Source: Octopus sinensis (taxonomy: Eukaryota). Taken from it: a stretch of 64,000 nt of DNA. The stretch is taken from assembly GCF_006345805.1 (NCBI RefSeq), contig NC_043006.1, forward strand, positions 69,130,001 to 69,194,000, written 5' to 3'. Below are positions 41,851-55,439 of this stretch, piece after piece. The position numbers and the translations under genes are program-made. The notes under the pieces are model-generated. The model was given only the letters and a program-made list of their open reading frames with translations, was not told the DNA's origin and did not search any database. Position 1 is the stretch's first letter; the number at the start of each line of letters is the position of its first letter.

Positions 41851-43919
41851 CCGCGTGTGTATCGTTGGCGATTTTTTTCCTCCGTCTTCCATTCCTTGGA
41901 TCTGTCCTTTTTCTATGTTTCTGGCGAAGAGCTCCGCTCGAACCGCTGAATCCTCCATCTTTCTTTCCTTTCCTGAGCGTCCAATAACACTATACTTGTT
42001 CGACGTCCTCGCGTTGTTGTGTTTTCTCATAGTGTCTTTATGTTTGGATTAACTTTACATATATATATATATATATACATACAGATATATAGTGTGTGTG
42101 TATGTATATATACATACATATATATATATATATGTGTGTGTATGTATGTACGCACACATACACACACCCATATACACATTAACACATACACAGAAACTTA
42201 TATGCATACTTCTGCATGTGTGATTATTTCTGTTACATATAGAAGATACAGAGTAGAAATATTCTTTTCTACTCTAGGCACAAGGCCCGAAAGTTTTGGA
42301 GAGGGGTGGACCAACCAATTAGATCGACGCCAGTACGCAACTGGTACTTAATTTATCGACTTCGAAAGGATAAAAAGCAAAGTCGACTTCGGTGGAATTT
42401 GAACTCAGAACATAAAGATAGACGAAACACCGATAAGTATTTCGCTCGGCGTGCTAACGTTTCTGCCAGCTCGCCTCCTTACATTATAGAAATATTACAT
42501 CGACCACAGTTCTTGCCGGCTACTTTAATTTATCGTTCAGGAATTTATGGAAGGTAAAGCTGTACCTCGGCGGTATTTGAAGACAAAACATGAAGGCCAA
42601 CAACTACATACCTATTTCTTTACTACCCACAAGGGGCTAAACACAGAGAGGACAAACAAGGACGGACAAACGGATTAAGTCGATTATATCGACCCCAGTG
42701 CGTAACTGGTACTTATTTAATCGACCCCGAAAGGATGAAAGGCAAAGTCGACCTCGGCGGAATTCGAACTCAGAACGTAGCGGCAGATGAAATATTGCTA
42801 AGCATTTCGCCCGGCGCGCTAACGTTTCTGCCAGCTCACCGCCAACAACTACATACCAAAGGCTCTACTATTACAGCAAATCTTGGTTTACTTCAGCATT
42901 TGTCCTCGTCCTTGCGTAAATATATTTATGAGCATTAGTACTAAAATACACTAAAAATGAAATTCATGAACGCCGATGCATTCTCATACTTACGCTGAGT
43001 ATATATTGGTTTCAAATTTTGGCACAAGGCCAGCAATTTCGGGACAGGGTGCAAGTCAGCTACGTCAACCCTGGTTCTTATTTCATCGACCCGGAAAGGA
43101 GGAAAAATATAGTCGACCTCGACAGAATTTGAACTAAGAACGTGAAGTCAGAGGAAATGTCGCAAAGTATTTTGCCCGGTGCCCTAACGATTCTGCCAGC
43201 GCACCACCTTACAGAGAGAGAAGAGAGAAGAGAGAGAGAGAGAGAGAGAGAATATATATTGACACTTACATGTATACATGTGTGTCTATGTACTTACATA
43301 TATATATAAATGTTATATAATGTATATACATATATTATATATGTAAGTACATATATATATATATATGTATATATTATATATGTACATATATACATACATA
43401 CATATGGCTGTGTGGTATGTAGCTTGCTTACCACCCACATTGTTCCGGGTTCAGTCCCACTGCATGGCATCTTGGACAGGTAACTTGTGAAAGAAGCCGC
43501 ACACACACATGCACGCACACATACACACAATAATAAATAATATACATACATACATATGGGTACAGGACGTCACCAACGGTATAAATAGCATGAAATACGT
43601 AAACAACGAGAGAAAAAATGGAAAACAGAACAAGTAAACACCGAGAAAGACCCTTCAGTTGTCGGTTGTTTATCAGCTCATTTCGAGCATATGTTTGTGT
43701 GTCTGCGTTTGTCCCCCTACCATCGCTTGACAACCGATGTGGGTGTGTTTACGTCCTCGTAACGTAGTGGTTCTGCAAAAGAGAACTGATAGAATAAGTA
43801 CTAGGCTTACAAAGGATAAGTCCTGGGGTCGATTTGTTCGACTAAAGGCGGTGCTCCAGCATGGCTGCAGACAAATAACTGAAAGAAATAAAAGAATAAA
43901 AGAATACAAACACACACAC

Positions 43920-43970
<51 letters not shown>

Positions 43971-44834
43971 AACTGAGGTTTTAAAATTTTCTTCCTTCAT
44001 CAAACAAAATTGTCCGCCGATGAAATTAGATTTGGTTCATCGATGTCAGGGAATACTTAGCCTCGCGCGCGCCACTACACGCGGGAGCGCACACACATTA
44101 GCATCTAGAAAAGCAACTACAACCACAAATAACAAAAGCATCACATCATCAACAACAACAACAATAATCACGTTAATACAATTCACGTAATTGAACAAGA
44201 TGAACGGAAATCAAGACAATTATTAAATTATGCAAACTGCTTTGGCCGTCATCACGTGATTTTATGGCGGGTCGTTATAGGCTGTGTTTTGGTTTGTGGT
44301 AGTGATGGCCATGGACGATATGTGATAACGTTAATAATTCATTATTTGAATAATTAGCGAGCTGGTAGTATTGTCAGCACATCGAGCCATAAGCTTTAGC
44401 GGCAATTCTTTCCTACTTGACGTTTTGAGTTCAAACTCTCTTGAGGTCGACTTTACCTTTAGTCTTTTTTTTTTTTTGTGTCAATAAAATAAGTGTCAGT
44501 CAAGAACAGGGGTCAATGTAATCGGCTAGCCTCATCCCTAAACATTTCAGACATTGTACCTTTAGTAGCAATGATTACTAAAATTTATGTCCCTTCTCAA
44601 ACTGTAGAATTGGTGATTTTTACTGGTTTGTTCTATCGAGCCTATTTCCGGCGTTCAAGTCGAATTTTCTAACCAAAATTTACCGCCCAGAAAGGTTGAT
44701 TAACTGATACCCTAACACGACTTTGAAGGACCAAAAATTCCATGAGAAATGCAGCACGATTTGGAAAAGATAGTGATACTGTTTGAATGTTTACACTACG
44801 TGTTTATTATACGTACTATTTCGACTTCTATGCG

Positions 44835-44894
<60 letters not shown>

Positions 44895-44895
<1 letters not shown>

Positions 44896-45462
44896 ATTCA
44901 CAGAATGAAATAAAAATCCAAGGCTGTGAAAGATTTCAGAACATTTATAAATAGTTCTTACAGGTATTTCGGGATATTTTATATATCCCTTCATCGGTGA
45001 CGGTGTGAGGAACTGGTTAAACAATAGTTATTCTAGAGAAGATAGGAAATAGAGAGCGAAGTGGAAGAATGAAAATAGACGTGAGATATGCAGGGATATT
45101 ATATCTGCAAATCCATTAATTAGGCAGAATGGTATACAAGTAAGTTTCCTATACCTTGTGTGTAAGTTCCAATAGTATTTCAAATTTGTCGTTCCAAGCA
45201 TAGGGTTTGTAAACGGTATTATTGAAACCCTCGATTTAATAACACCGTTTACAAACTCTATAGTTGGAATGGCAAATTTTAAATTCCTCCACTTCACTCT
45301 CTATTTCATATATTCTCTAGAATAACTATTGCTCGACCATTTTCTCATACATTCAGCGATGAAGGGATATATAAAATATCCTGGAAACAGCTGTAAGACC
45401 TTCTATTTATAAATGTTCTGAAATCTTTCACAGCCTTAGATTTTTATCTCATTCTGTTAATT
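44895..45462. repeat. Diverged nested inverted repeat with a decayed hammerhead motif in each arm
   Basis: Outer arms about 44895-45075 / 45280-45462 and an inner hairpin about 45182-45278. Minus 44997-44959: CCGATGA-A-GGGATAT..ATATCCC-GAAA-TACCTG-TA. Plus 45356-45395: GCGATGA-A-GGGATAT..ATATCCTG-GAAA-CAGCTG-TA. Confidence 0.8.
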
Positions 45463-45579
45463 TTTTATATATACGCATGCTGACATATGACCTACGTTGG
45501 ACTCCTCATTCGCATAATCATCGAACCTGGAGCTTAACTATAGTCTATCCATAGCACTTACTCAGCATTAACCTGACAC

Positions 45580-45679
45580 NNNNNNNNNNNNNNNNNNNNN
45601 NNNNNNNNNNNNNNNNNNNNNNNNNNNNNNNNNNNNNNNNNNNNNNNNNNNNNNNNNNNNNNNNNNNNNNNNNNNNNNN
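45580..45679. other. Assembly gap (100 N)
   Basis: Run of n characters. Confidence 1.
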
Positions 45680-47073
45680 TATATATATATCTGAAGTATT
45701 ATTTTATGAATTGAAGTAAGATTTCTATTACTTCACAACAAACATCCTTGTCTTTCGCACCCCATTTCTTTGAAGTTTTTGGGTATCAGACCGGAAATTG
45801 TGGATTCCGAAATATTCCAGTAGGAGCACAATTATCTTGCGGTAAACGTTCATCCACTGAAGGATTTTTTTTTTTTTTTTTTTTACAAAACTTGTATCTT
45901 ATGACAATTATGGGAAAAGTGTAGTAAAATCGTGGCAGACGAGGGTTCCAGTTGATCCGATCAACGGAACAGCCTGCTCGTAAAATTAAAGCGCAAGTGG
46001 TTGAGTACTCCACAGATACGTGCACACTTAACGTAGTTATCGGGGAGATTCAGCGTGACACAGAGTGTGACAGGGCTGGCCCTTCGAAATACAGGTACAA
46101 CAGAAACAGGAAAAAAGGGTGAGAGAAAGTTGAGGTGAAAGGGTAGAGCTTTAGGTGTTTTCGCTCAATAACCACTCACAACGTCTGGGATGTGGATTCG
46201 AAACCGCGATCCTACGACCGCGAGTCAGCTGCTCTAACCACTGGGCCATTGCGCCTCCACTGTAGTAAAATACAGTCATAACGTTCTAATTTTTTTTATG
46301 TTGTAATTTTGATTACTTATTTGTCATAATGTTGTTGATTTTTATTCTGTCGAACGATTTCGAATCACCTCTCTGGTAATTTGCAGACTGAGCACTAATA
46401 TCTGATAATTCTCCTTAATTCGCTGTCTTAGTAATTATTTCTAACGTAGAAACAAAACTAGGAAATTGGGAGGATCGTTTAGCCTAAAAAGATGAAAGGG
46501 AAACGTAACCGGAGCGGGATTTGAACACAGTACCTAAACATTCAGAAGAAATATTGATTTCAAATTTTGGCACAACGCCAGCAATTTCAGAGTAGTGGGT
46601 AAGTCGATTAGATCGACCCCAGAAATCAACTGGTAATTAATTCATCGAGCTCGAAGAGATGAAAGGCAAAGTCGATCTCGACAGAATTTGAACTCAGAAC
46701 ATAATGATGAATGATATACCTATTTCTTTACTACCCACAAGGGGCCTAACACAGTGGGGACAAGGACAGACACACAGATTAAGTCGATTATATCGATCCC
46801 AGTGTGTAAATGGTACTTATTTAATCGACCCCGAAAGAATGAAAAGCAAAGTCGACCTCGACAGAATTTGAACTCAGAACATAAAGACAGACGAAATACC
46901 TCTAAGCATTTCACCCGGCGTGCTAGCGTTTCTTATTTCTTTACTGCCCATAAGGGGCTACACACTGAGGCGACAAACAAGGACTGACAAACGGATTAAG
47001 TCGATTACATCGATCTCAGTGCGTAACTGGTACTTATTTAATCGACCCCGAAAGGATGAAAGGCAAAGTCGAC

Positions 47074-47558
47074 CTAAAAGAGAATACGGCAGCGTTCCTG
47101 GAAATTAATAGTTATCGCCATACTAATATGGCATTCTTATAAAAATAAGAATAAAGCTGCCGTATTCTCTTTTAGAGAGACTTAGTAATTTTAATATTTC
47201 TATTATTGAAAACAAGTGGATGTATTCCACCGAAACTAGGTAAATAAAACCTTCGAACAGAGATAGTCGGAAGCGACACCTACTGGTCTGACGACGCTAC
47301 ATTGACAAGGGGCAATACCCCGAAACGCGTCTGTAGCTGTCGGTCAAGTAGTGTGGAGCGACCTGACCTCCTTGTTCGAAGGTTATATGGATACAGTTTG
47401 TGTATCAAATAGCTAACTTAGGCGATGGCCTCATGGAGCTAATAAGCGGACAGCTTTATTCTATTTTTATAAGAATGCCATATTAGTATGGCGATAACTA
47501 TAATTTCCAGGAACGCTGCCGTATTTCTTTTAGAGAGACTTAGTAATTTTAATATTTC

Positions 47559-47564
<6 letters not shown>
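47074..47564 (+). mobile_element. Non-coding retrozyme/PLE-pLTR-like element: 359-nt unit with a terminal direct repeat and an inverted 5' segment
   Basis: The direct repeat GCTGCCGTATT(C)TCTTTTAGAGAGACTTAGTAATTTTAATATTTCTATTAT occurs at 47156-47206 and 47515-47564. Segment 47074-47159 is the reverse complement of 47451-47533. The element truncates a family-A SINE and ends in (TA)n. Confidence 0.8.
47296..47337 (+). ncRNA. Minimal type-I hammerhead ribozyme with a U3:A8 core
   Basis: GCTACA-TTGACAA-GGGG-CAATA-CCCC-GAAA-CGCG-TC-TGTAGC: 6-bp stem I, 4-bp stem II, palindromic stem III (ACGCGT), and a GUC site cutting after 47331. Confidence 0.8.
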
Positions 47565-47602
<38 letters not shown>

Positions 47603-47962
47603 AAATATTCTGCTCTTTCTCTTTCACCGGTTCCAGAGTGGATCCGTTGGATCCGCTGCAACGGAACGAGCGTTCCGTAGGGCCTTGGCTAACAACCAGA
47701 AAAGTATGTGTGTGTGTGTGTGTGTATGTGTGTACGTGAGTGTGTAAAACAATGTAACCTGAGTATATGACAATTCGATATCTGGTGTTAAACTGTCAAA
47801 TAGCGATAGAGGTCTAGGTTGTATTTTGAATGGTACATTCAGCGGTACATATACATCTACGCATACATACTCACGCATATATGCATTGATATCTACGTAC
47901 ATGCATATACTAAGAAACATGAATATAAATGCATATTGAGTATGCATGTATATCTATCTATC

Positions 47963-48047
<85 letters not shown>

Positions 48048-48163
48048 CAATTGCAGCGTGGAAAGTGTTTTTAAATAGCTTATAAACACCTTCCACGCTG
48101 CAATTATTTTCGCTTCAGTACACGATCTCAGATCAGGTCACTTGCTATGCAAGTATATCTCTG

Positions 48164-48231
<68 letters not shown>

Positions 48232-48884
48232 TGTGTGTGTGTGGTGTGTGTGTGTGTGTGTGTGTGCGTGTGGTGTGTATGTATATTTGTACCTACATAG
48301 ATATATGTATACATACATATAGACATATATACATATATAATATAAATAATATATATATGCATATATACACTCATATGTATATACGTATATACATACATAC
48401 ATACATACATATGTATAAATGAGTACAGGACGTTACCAAACGTAAACAACATGAAATACGAAAATAACGTTGGGTATGCAAAGAACGAGAAAGACAAATG
48501 GATAAGAAGACATGTAACATATAAAACGAGTCTTCATCAGTTGTCAGCTGTCCTTCTCCTCCTTATTTCGAGCAATGAACGACAAGACTTTGAAGACAGT
48601 TGCTCCCGTGAACCCAAATAAAATTTGGGATTTGCAGAGGGTCAAACATGGTAACAAAAACAAGATTTACAACAAAGCAAACGAAACAAATACAAACAAG
48701 GAGGTCCGCTAGGTTCTGACGAGGTAAGGTAGCAAACGCCGGAAGAAGACTCTTTGATAAGAGAAAAGATAGGAGAGAAGACAGATAGGAATACGTCTGG
48801 ACTACACAACGACTGAAGGAAAAGAAGATGATCACGTGAAGAAAGGAAAGAGGACGATGGACACGTGTGAGCAACGGTGTGTAT

Positions 48885-48939
<55 letters not shown>

Positions 48940-49265
48940 TAGCTTATATAGCTTTTCAGCACTGACCATGAATGGGAAGATCTGGGAAACAGACCTCTGA
49001 CTTGTTTTGGAGAATTTGTTACAATTACTTCCTTCAGAGTCATATCCAATGATGATCACATTCGTTGCAAAACATCATGTAAAAAAAAAATAAAATCGCC
49101 GGAAACAAAAGCAGTAATGAAAGCGTAAGAAACCAAAATTTCAGGATTGGAGGTCTGGATTCGACCCCGAGTATTTTTTTATTTACTCACGGAGTTAGTC
49201 TGACATTCACATTTAGTATATTAGATATGTTTAATTATTGGAAATTTAAATTCACTTAAAGTATG

Positions 49266-49312
<47 letters not shown>

Positions 49313-49842
49313 CGTGTGTGCGTGTGTGTATGTATTAAGAAAGCAAATAATAAAAACAAAAATGATACGGCTCAGTATGTTGGCCACAGGAATTTCTATC
49401 GAAAAGACGTAGTTAAACTAAGTTGTACATCATCTCCCTCTTTCTCTCACATATCCACTTTTTCTCTTACTTTCATTATTACTCCTGCTGCCACGGTCAG
49501 CATAAAATTTCTCCCTAAATTTCTTTGTCACTCCCTCTCTTTTTCTTTCTTTCTCTCTCTTTCTCTCACTCACTCAATCTCTCTCTCTCTCTTTGTCTTC
49601 GCCACCGCCCTCACCGTCTCCTATGCTTACTCACCCCATCATTAGGATTAGTAGGAGTGCCATTGAATTGCGAGAGGGTCTAACTGTGACACACTGACAC
49701 ACAGAAATTATTTTGGCATTTAATACATATATATATATATGTATAATTTTAATCCAAACGGGAAAACAAAAAAAACAACAACAGTGGAACAATTACAGTA
49801 TTATTATTAATAGGCGCTCAGGAAATATGGAAGCAGGAGGTA

Positions 49843-49872
49843 TGACGTTTCGAGCGGAGCTCTTCGTCGGGA
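49843..49872 (-). ncRNA. Decayed minimal hammerhead motif in a dispersed repeat (second copy at 41921-41946, +)
   Basis: Minus strand: CCGACGA-A-GAGC-TCC-GCTC-GAAA-CG-TC. The plus copy reads CTGGCGA-A-GAGC-TCC-GCTC-GAAC. The implied consensus is CTGACGAAGAGCTCCGCTCGAAACGT. Confidence 0.5.
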
Positions 49873-50239
49873 AACATAAGAAGGAAGAGAGAGGAAAGAA
49901 AGATCCCAAAGTGGGCAACAAGAGATGGAGAAAAAAAACGACTGGGTTTACGAAGTACACATGGTGAAAGGCGGAAGTTTACGATAACAAGAGCAAAGTA
50001 GGTTTTTAAAGCCAAAAGAGTGGAGACAGGGTTGGTAACGCAACAGATGTGTGTGTATGTGTGAGTGTGTGCGTGTGCGTGTGTGTATGTGTGTGGATGT
50101 GTGAGTGTGTATACATACAGGAGTGAGTGAAGAAACGAAAAAACTCGGAGTACCAACGAATTTGAATCAAAGTGTTTTGATCCATATGTATATACATACA
50201 TACATAACATACATACATACATACATATATATTTATTTT

Positions 50240-51765
50240 AATTTTTTATTTTATCTTATCTAGTTTCAGCTCACGAGCTGTGGCCATGCTGGGGCACCGC
50301 CATTTGGTGTTGCTACATAATTTTACTTCACGAATGCTTTTTAGCAATTGCCATCTGGTGCATGAGAGAGTTCGATGCAGCTGCCCTCATCTGCACCTCC
50401 TGCCGTGAAGTTGGTTCATCTGGGACACCTGACAGGAAGAGATCCAGTTTTATTTTAAAGACATCTGCGTCCACCCCATGCCGGTCTCTCAGGTTCTTCA
50501 GGAGGATATTGAAGAGCTGTGGGCCTCTGAAGCCCGGGCTATCACAGTATCTTGTCCTACATCTTAATGGCAAATTTGGAGTCCTTGGCACTATGCAGTG
50601 GCGCCCAGTTCTAACATTTGTGTAACTCTCGATGCCAAAGTTTGGGACAAGTCCTTCTAGGATTTCCAGATGTATTTATGGCATATCTTTCTCGCCTACG
50701 CTCTAAGAAAGAAAGTCTTAATCTCTTGAGTCTTTCCAGTAGCTTATATGCTGCTGCACAGAGGCTAGCTTCGTGTGTGTAGCTTCGTTGGCTCGCCTCA
50801 AGTTCTGTGATTAACTTGACACTGGATGGTGACCATAGCTGAGAGCAATAGTCAAAGTGGCTTAGGACAAGTATCCTCCAGAGGACCATCATGGTTTCCT
50901 GGTCTCTTGTTCTAAAGGTTCTAAGAATCCATCGGTCAGCCGCCTACATTTCATTGCAATTTAGCAAATGCACATGAAAGGTTGCATCATCACTCATGTA
51001 AATACCCAGGTCTCGCACTGATTGTGCCTCTGGGATTGCATCCCTCCAGGTCCCGTGTATTTATTGGTATTGCATTTAGTTTGCATGCTGATAGCATAAA
51101 GCTTGAAACTTTTCAGCATTGAACTGCATGCTATTCTTTTAGCCCACTTGTATATTTTGTTCAGCTCACATTGCAGGTGCATAGTGTCTTCAGGGTTCTG
51201 TATTGCCTGTGAAACTTTTGTATCATCTGCATAACTTGTGATCGTGGCTCTCTGCGTGGCTGGGGGCATGTCTGAGAGGGCCATTATGAACAGTAGTGGT
51301 CCCAAAACAGTGCCTTGCGGAACACCGCTCACTATTTGCATGTTATTGGAGGTGGCCCCATTGGCTACTACCACCTGACTTCTATCCTTCAGAAAGTCAT
51401 GATGCCATTCTCCCAATTTTCCAACTATGCTAAGATCACGCAGTCTGTGACATATCATTCCATGATCGACTTTATCAAAGGCCTTTGCAAAGTCGAGATA
51501 TATGACTCCACATTTGAGTGGTTGAGCAGTCGTTTCAGCACCCAGTCATAGTGTTGTAGGAGCTGAGTTAAGCAGCTTCTTCTTGGTCGGAAACCATGTT
51601 GGGTGTCAGGCAGCAAGTCATTTTCCTCAAGGAAGGTGATTAGTTTCCTTCTGACTATTCGTTCCATGCCCTTGCTGATGTGTGAGGTCAGAGAGATAGG
51701 TCTGTAGTTCTTGGCCTCCGCTCTGCTACCTCTTTTATGAATAGGGCATATTTTACCTTCCTTCA
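50240..51765 (-). mobile_element. 5'-truncated CR1/L2-group LINE (RT pseudogene with 3' tail)
   Basis: Frameshifted RT motifs QHGFRPRRSCLTQLL, SGVPQGTVLGPLLF, YADDTK, HFDYCSQLWSP and LERRRER, followed by a 3' UTR with a hairpin and an A-rich tail. Confidence 0.9.
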
Positions 51766-51774
51766 GTTTATATA

Positions 51775-52557
51775 TATCCGCTCAGTGGAAGTCGACTTTC
51801 GGTTACTCGTTGGATCAGTGTCCTCCAGTCAGTTCTATCCTGGCTATGTCCATTCCGGTATCACTCTTGATGGTGTCAATCCAGCGCGTTCTTGGTCGGC
51901 CTCTTCCTCTCTTGCCACTGACCATTCCAAGCATGATGTCCTTCTCCAGGGATTTTCTCCGCATAATATGACCGAAATATGCTAATCTATGCTTGGTGAT
52001 TCTAGCTTCTAGCGGCATTTTCGGCCTAATCTGCTTAAGAACTTCTCCATTGGTGAGCCTCGCTGTCCATGGAATCCGCAAAAGTCTTCTACAACACCAA
52101 AGCTCGAATGCATTAATTCTCTTCTGGTCAGCTTTCTTTAGTGTCCAGGTCTCGCATCCATATGTTGCTATTGGGAAGACAATTGCATTCACCAATCTGC
52201 ATTTGGTAGCGAGTCTGATGTCTCTACTCTTCCAGACACTGCTCATACTGATCATTGCCTCTCTGCCTATTACTATCCGCCGTCTTATTTCTGGAGTGCA
52301 GTCACCATCTCGATTTATTTTGGAGGCAAGGAAGGTGAAATCATCAACCACTTCGATCCCTTCATTATCGATCTTGATGCTGATGTTTGTTGTGGCTGCT
52401 GTTGACATGATCTTCGTTTTCTTAACATTGCGGCACAACCCAAATTTCTCACTCTCTTTCTTGACCAGCAGGACAAGATCCTCCAGATCCTACCACTCTC
52501 CGCCAGCAGGGTTGTATCATCTGCATAGCGACGGTTATTAATATTTCTTCCTCCAAT

Positions 52558-52560
<3 letters not shown>
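51775..52560 (-). mobile_element. 5'-truncated RTE-clade LINE (RT C-terminal half)
   Basis: GGRNINNRRYADD near 52520-52553. ORF 51815-52438 contains KKTKIM, EIRRRI, YGCETWTLKKADQKRINAFELWCCRRLLRIPWT and GKRGRGRPRTRWID, all typical of RTE. Confidence 0.92.
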
Positions 52561-52606
<46 letters not shown>

Positions 52607-52739
52607 ATATATATATGTGTGTGTGTGTGGTGTGTGTATATATGTGTGTTTATGTATATATGTGTAAAGACAGTTATACAGATAGATAGACATATGTATA
52701 TATATATATATATATGTATTGTGCACACGTATAATTATA

Positions 52740-52826
<87 letters not shown>

Positions 52827-52969
52827 GTATATATGTATATAGACAGATATACATTACATATATAATAAATGTATGCATATACATCTATATACATAAATGC
52901 ATACATATATGTATGTATGCAATACATATATATATGCATATACATGTATATATATACATTATATAATAT

Positions 52970-53018
<49 letters not shown>

Positions 53019-54232
53019 TCTATATACACACTATTATAATCATTACCATATACCCACCGCTCTCTCTACGTATATCTGGCACTCTAACATCAGGTATCGA
53101 ATCTCTTTTGTCTTATACTCACATTTCATTCTTACGCACATACGCACTCACACACGCGCACGCATGCACATACACACACACAACACACACACAACACACA
53201 CACACACACACACATACATGCATATTTATAGCTCTTGTGAAATTGTATTTTAGTTTGCTTTATCCACCACAAATTAACCCCTCCTGGGACATCGAGTTTA
53301 GATTTCAATATCTCATGTTCTCACTGGTCGTCTCTATGTATCTAAATAGCCAATATTGTATTCACTTTACCATTTTTAGTTTCATCAACGATTCAGTGTA
53401 GGTTGTTGAGCTATCTAACAAGACACTCAAAGCAACCATCTGTACAACGGCTGGGCTGGCCCTTGGCTCATTTGTAGACCACCCAGAGGGAACCTTAGTC
53501 ATATTCCTTAATCCTTTTGGGTATCAGTTGTACAATTGATTACCTTTGCAAGGATAAACTATTGATGTGTAGATTCCCGATGCCAGAGACGGAGTGATTG
53601 AATTTTCAGAGTATTTAAAAGTATTAATTCTTATTTTTCTTGGTTTCTCTGTTGCTTGGTTGTGATCGGAAGCACATTTTTGAGAATCTCATATGTGGCT
53701 GTGTGGTAAGAATCTTGCTGCCCAAACACATGGTTCTGGGTTCAGTCCCACTGCATGGCACCATGGGCAACTGCCTTCTAATATAGCCTCGGGCCGACCA
53801 AAGCCTCGTGAGTGGATGTGCTAGATGGAAACTAAAAGAAGTCTGGCGTATACATGTATACATCTATATCTATGTGTACGTGAGTGTCTTTGCGTCTATG
53901 TTTGTCTATGTCCGGTGTTGATATGTTTACGTTCTCGTGATATAGCAGTTCGACAGGACTGATTCATTCGACTAAGAAGTCTTCAAGGCGGTACCACATC
54001 ATGCCGCAGTCTAATGGATGAAAGAAGTAAATGATACTATACATACATACATACATACATACCTATAATAAGTTATGAATGACATATACATATACATATA
54101 TATATAGATATTATATATTATATATATTATATATATATATATAAAAAATATAATATATATAATATTACATATACATATATATATATATTATATATATATT
54201 ATATATATATACATATACATATACACATATAG

Positions 54233-54263
<31 letters not shown>

Positions 54264-54435
54264 CCAATATATATACACTTACATATAACATATATATATA
54301 TACATAACATATACATATATACATATACATATACATATATATATATATGTATTTGCATCCCCAAGGAAACCCGTATTTTTCCCAAACTTCTCAACCTGCT
54401 ATAATGTAATACATGTCTTTAATGTGGTAATTGTG

Positions 54436-54522
54436 CGCGGCTGAAGAAGGCTATTGACATACATGTTACATCAATTATGCATTGATATAAATTGTCCAAT
54501 AAGCCAAAACATATGTACCAGC
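54436..54522 (+). ncRNA. Inactivated type-I hammerhead (G12A)
   Basis: GCGG-CTGAAGA-A-GGCTATTG..CAATAAGCC-AAAA-CATATG-TA-CCAGC, with palindromic stem III ACATATGT. GAAA appears as AAAA. Confidence 0.6.
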
Positions 54523-54683
54523 TAAAATCCTTTGCAATCCTGTTTTTCTTTCGATATATATATATATATATATATCTATATATATAATATATATACATAT
54601 ATATATATATACATATACATATATATATATAATACATATACATTATATATACATAATATATATATGTATACATATACATATGC

Positions 54684-54752
<69 letters not shown>

Positions 54753-55104
54753 TATATAAATATATATATACACACACGAAGGGTTACAGAAATGTTCCTG
54801 CTTTGGGGAAAAGAAAATGCAGGAGAATCAGTTAATTATGATTTAATTCAACATATTCCCCTCTCAGACTCACACACTTATTGCAGCAGTTCTTCAGTTT
54901 TTCTAAGCCCTGTAAAAAGAACTCAGAAGTTTGGGCCTCCAGCCAGGCCTTTCGCCGATGCCCTTAAAGCCAGGAACGTCTCAGCAACCATTCGCGCGCG
55001 CGCGCGCGCGTGTGTGTATGGATGTATGCATGCATATATATATATGTATTTACACATATGTACCTATACTGCAATGGATTTAGAAGAGCTTGCAAATCTC
55101 TGAG

Positions 55105-55175
<71 letters not shown>

Positions 55176-55439
55176 TAGATAGATAAAGATAGACAGATAG
55201 CTAGATAGGAAGAGCGGTTGATAGAGTGATTGACAAATAAACAGATATGGACTTGTGGGGGGTGCATTATGTTGTAGCAAAATCAGCAAGAAATAGCAGT
55301 CAAACCTCCCTCTGTCATCTTGAGAAAAGGACTTGCTATATAATGTTAGATGTTCTTATGGAATATAAGAGCCATTGGTGCTGATTCGAACATGTTTGAT
55401 GATGTGACTACTGGACGAGGAATGACCTAGGGTTGAACA

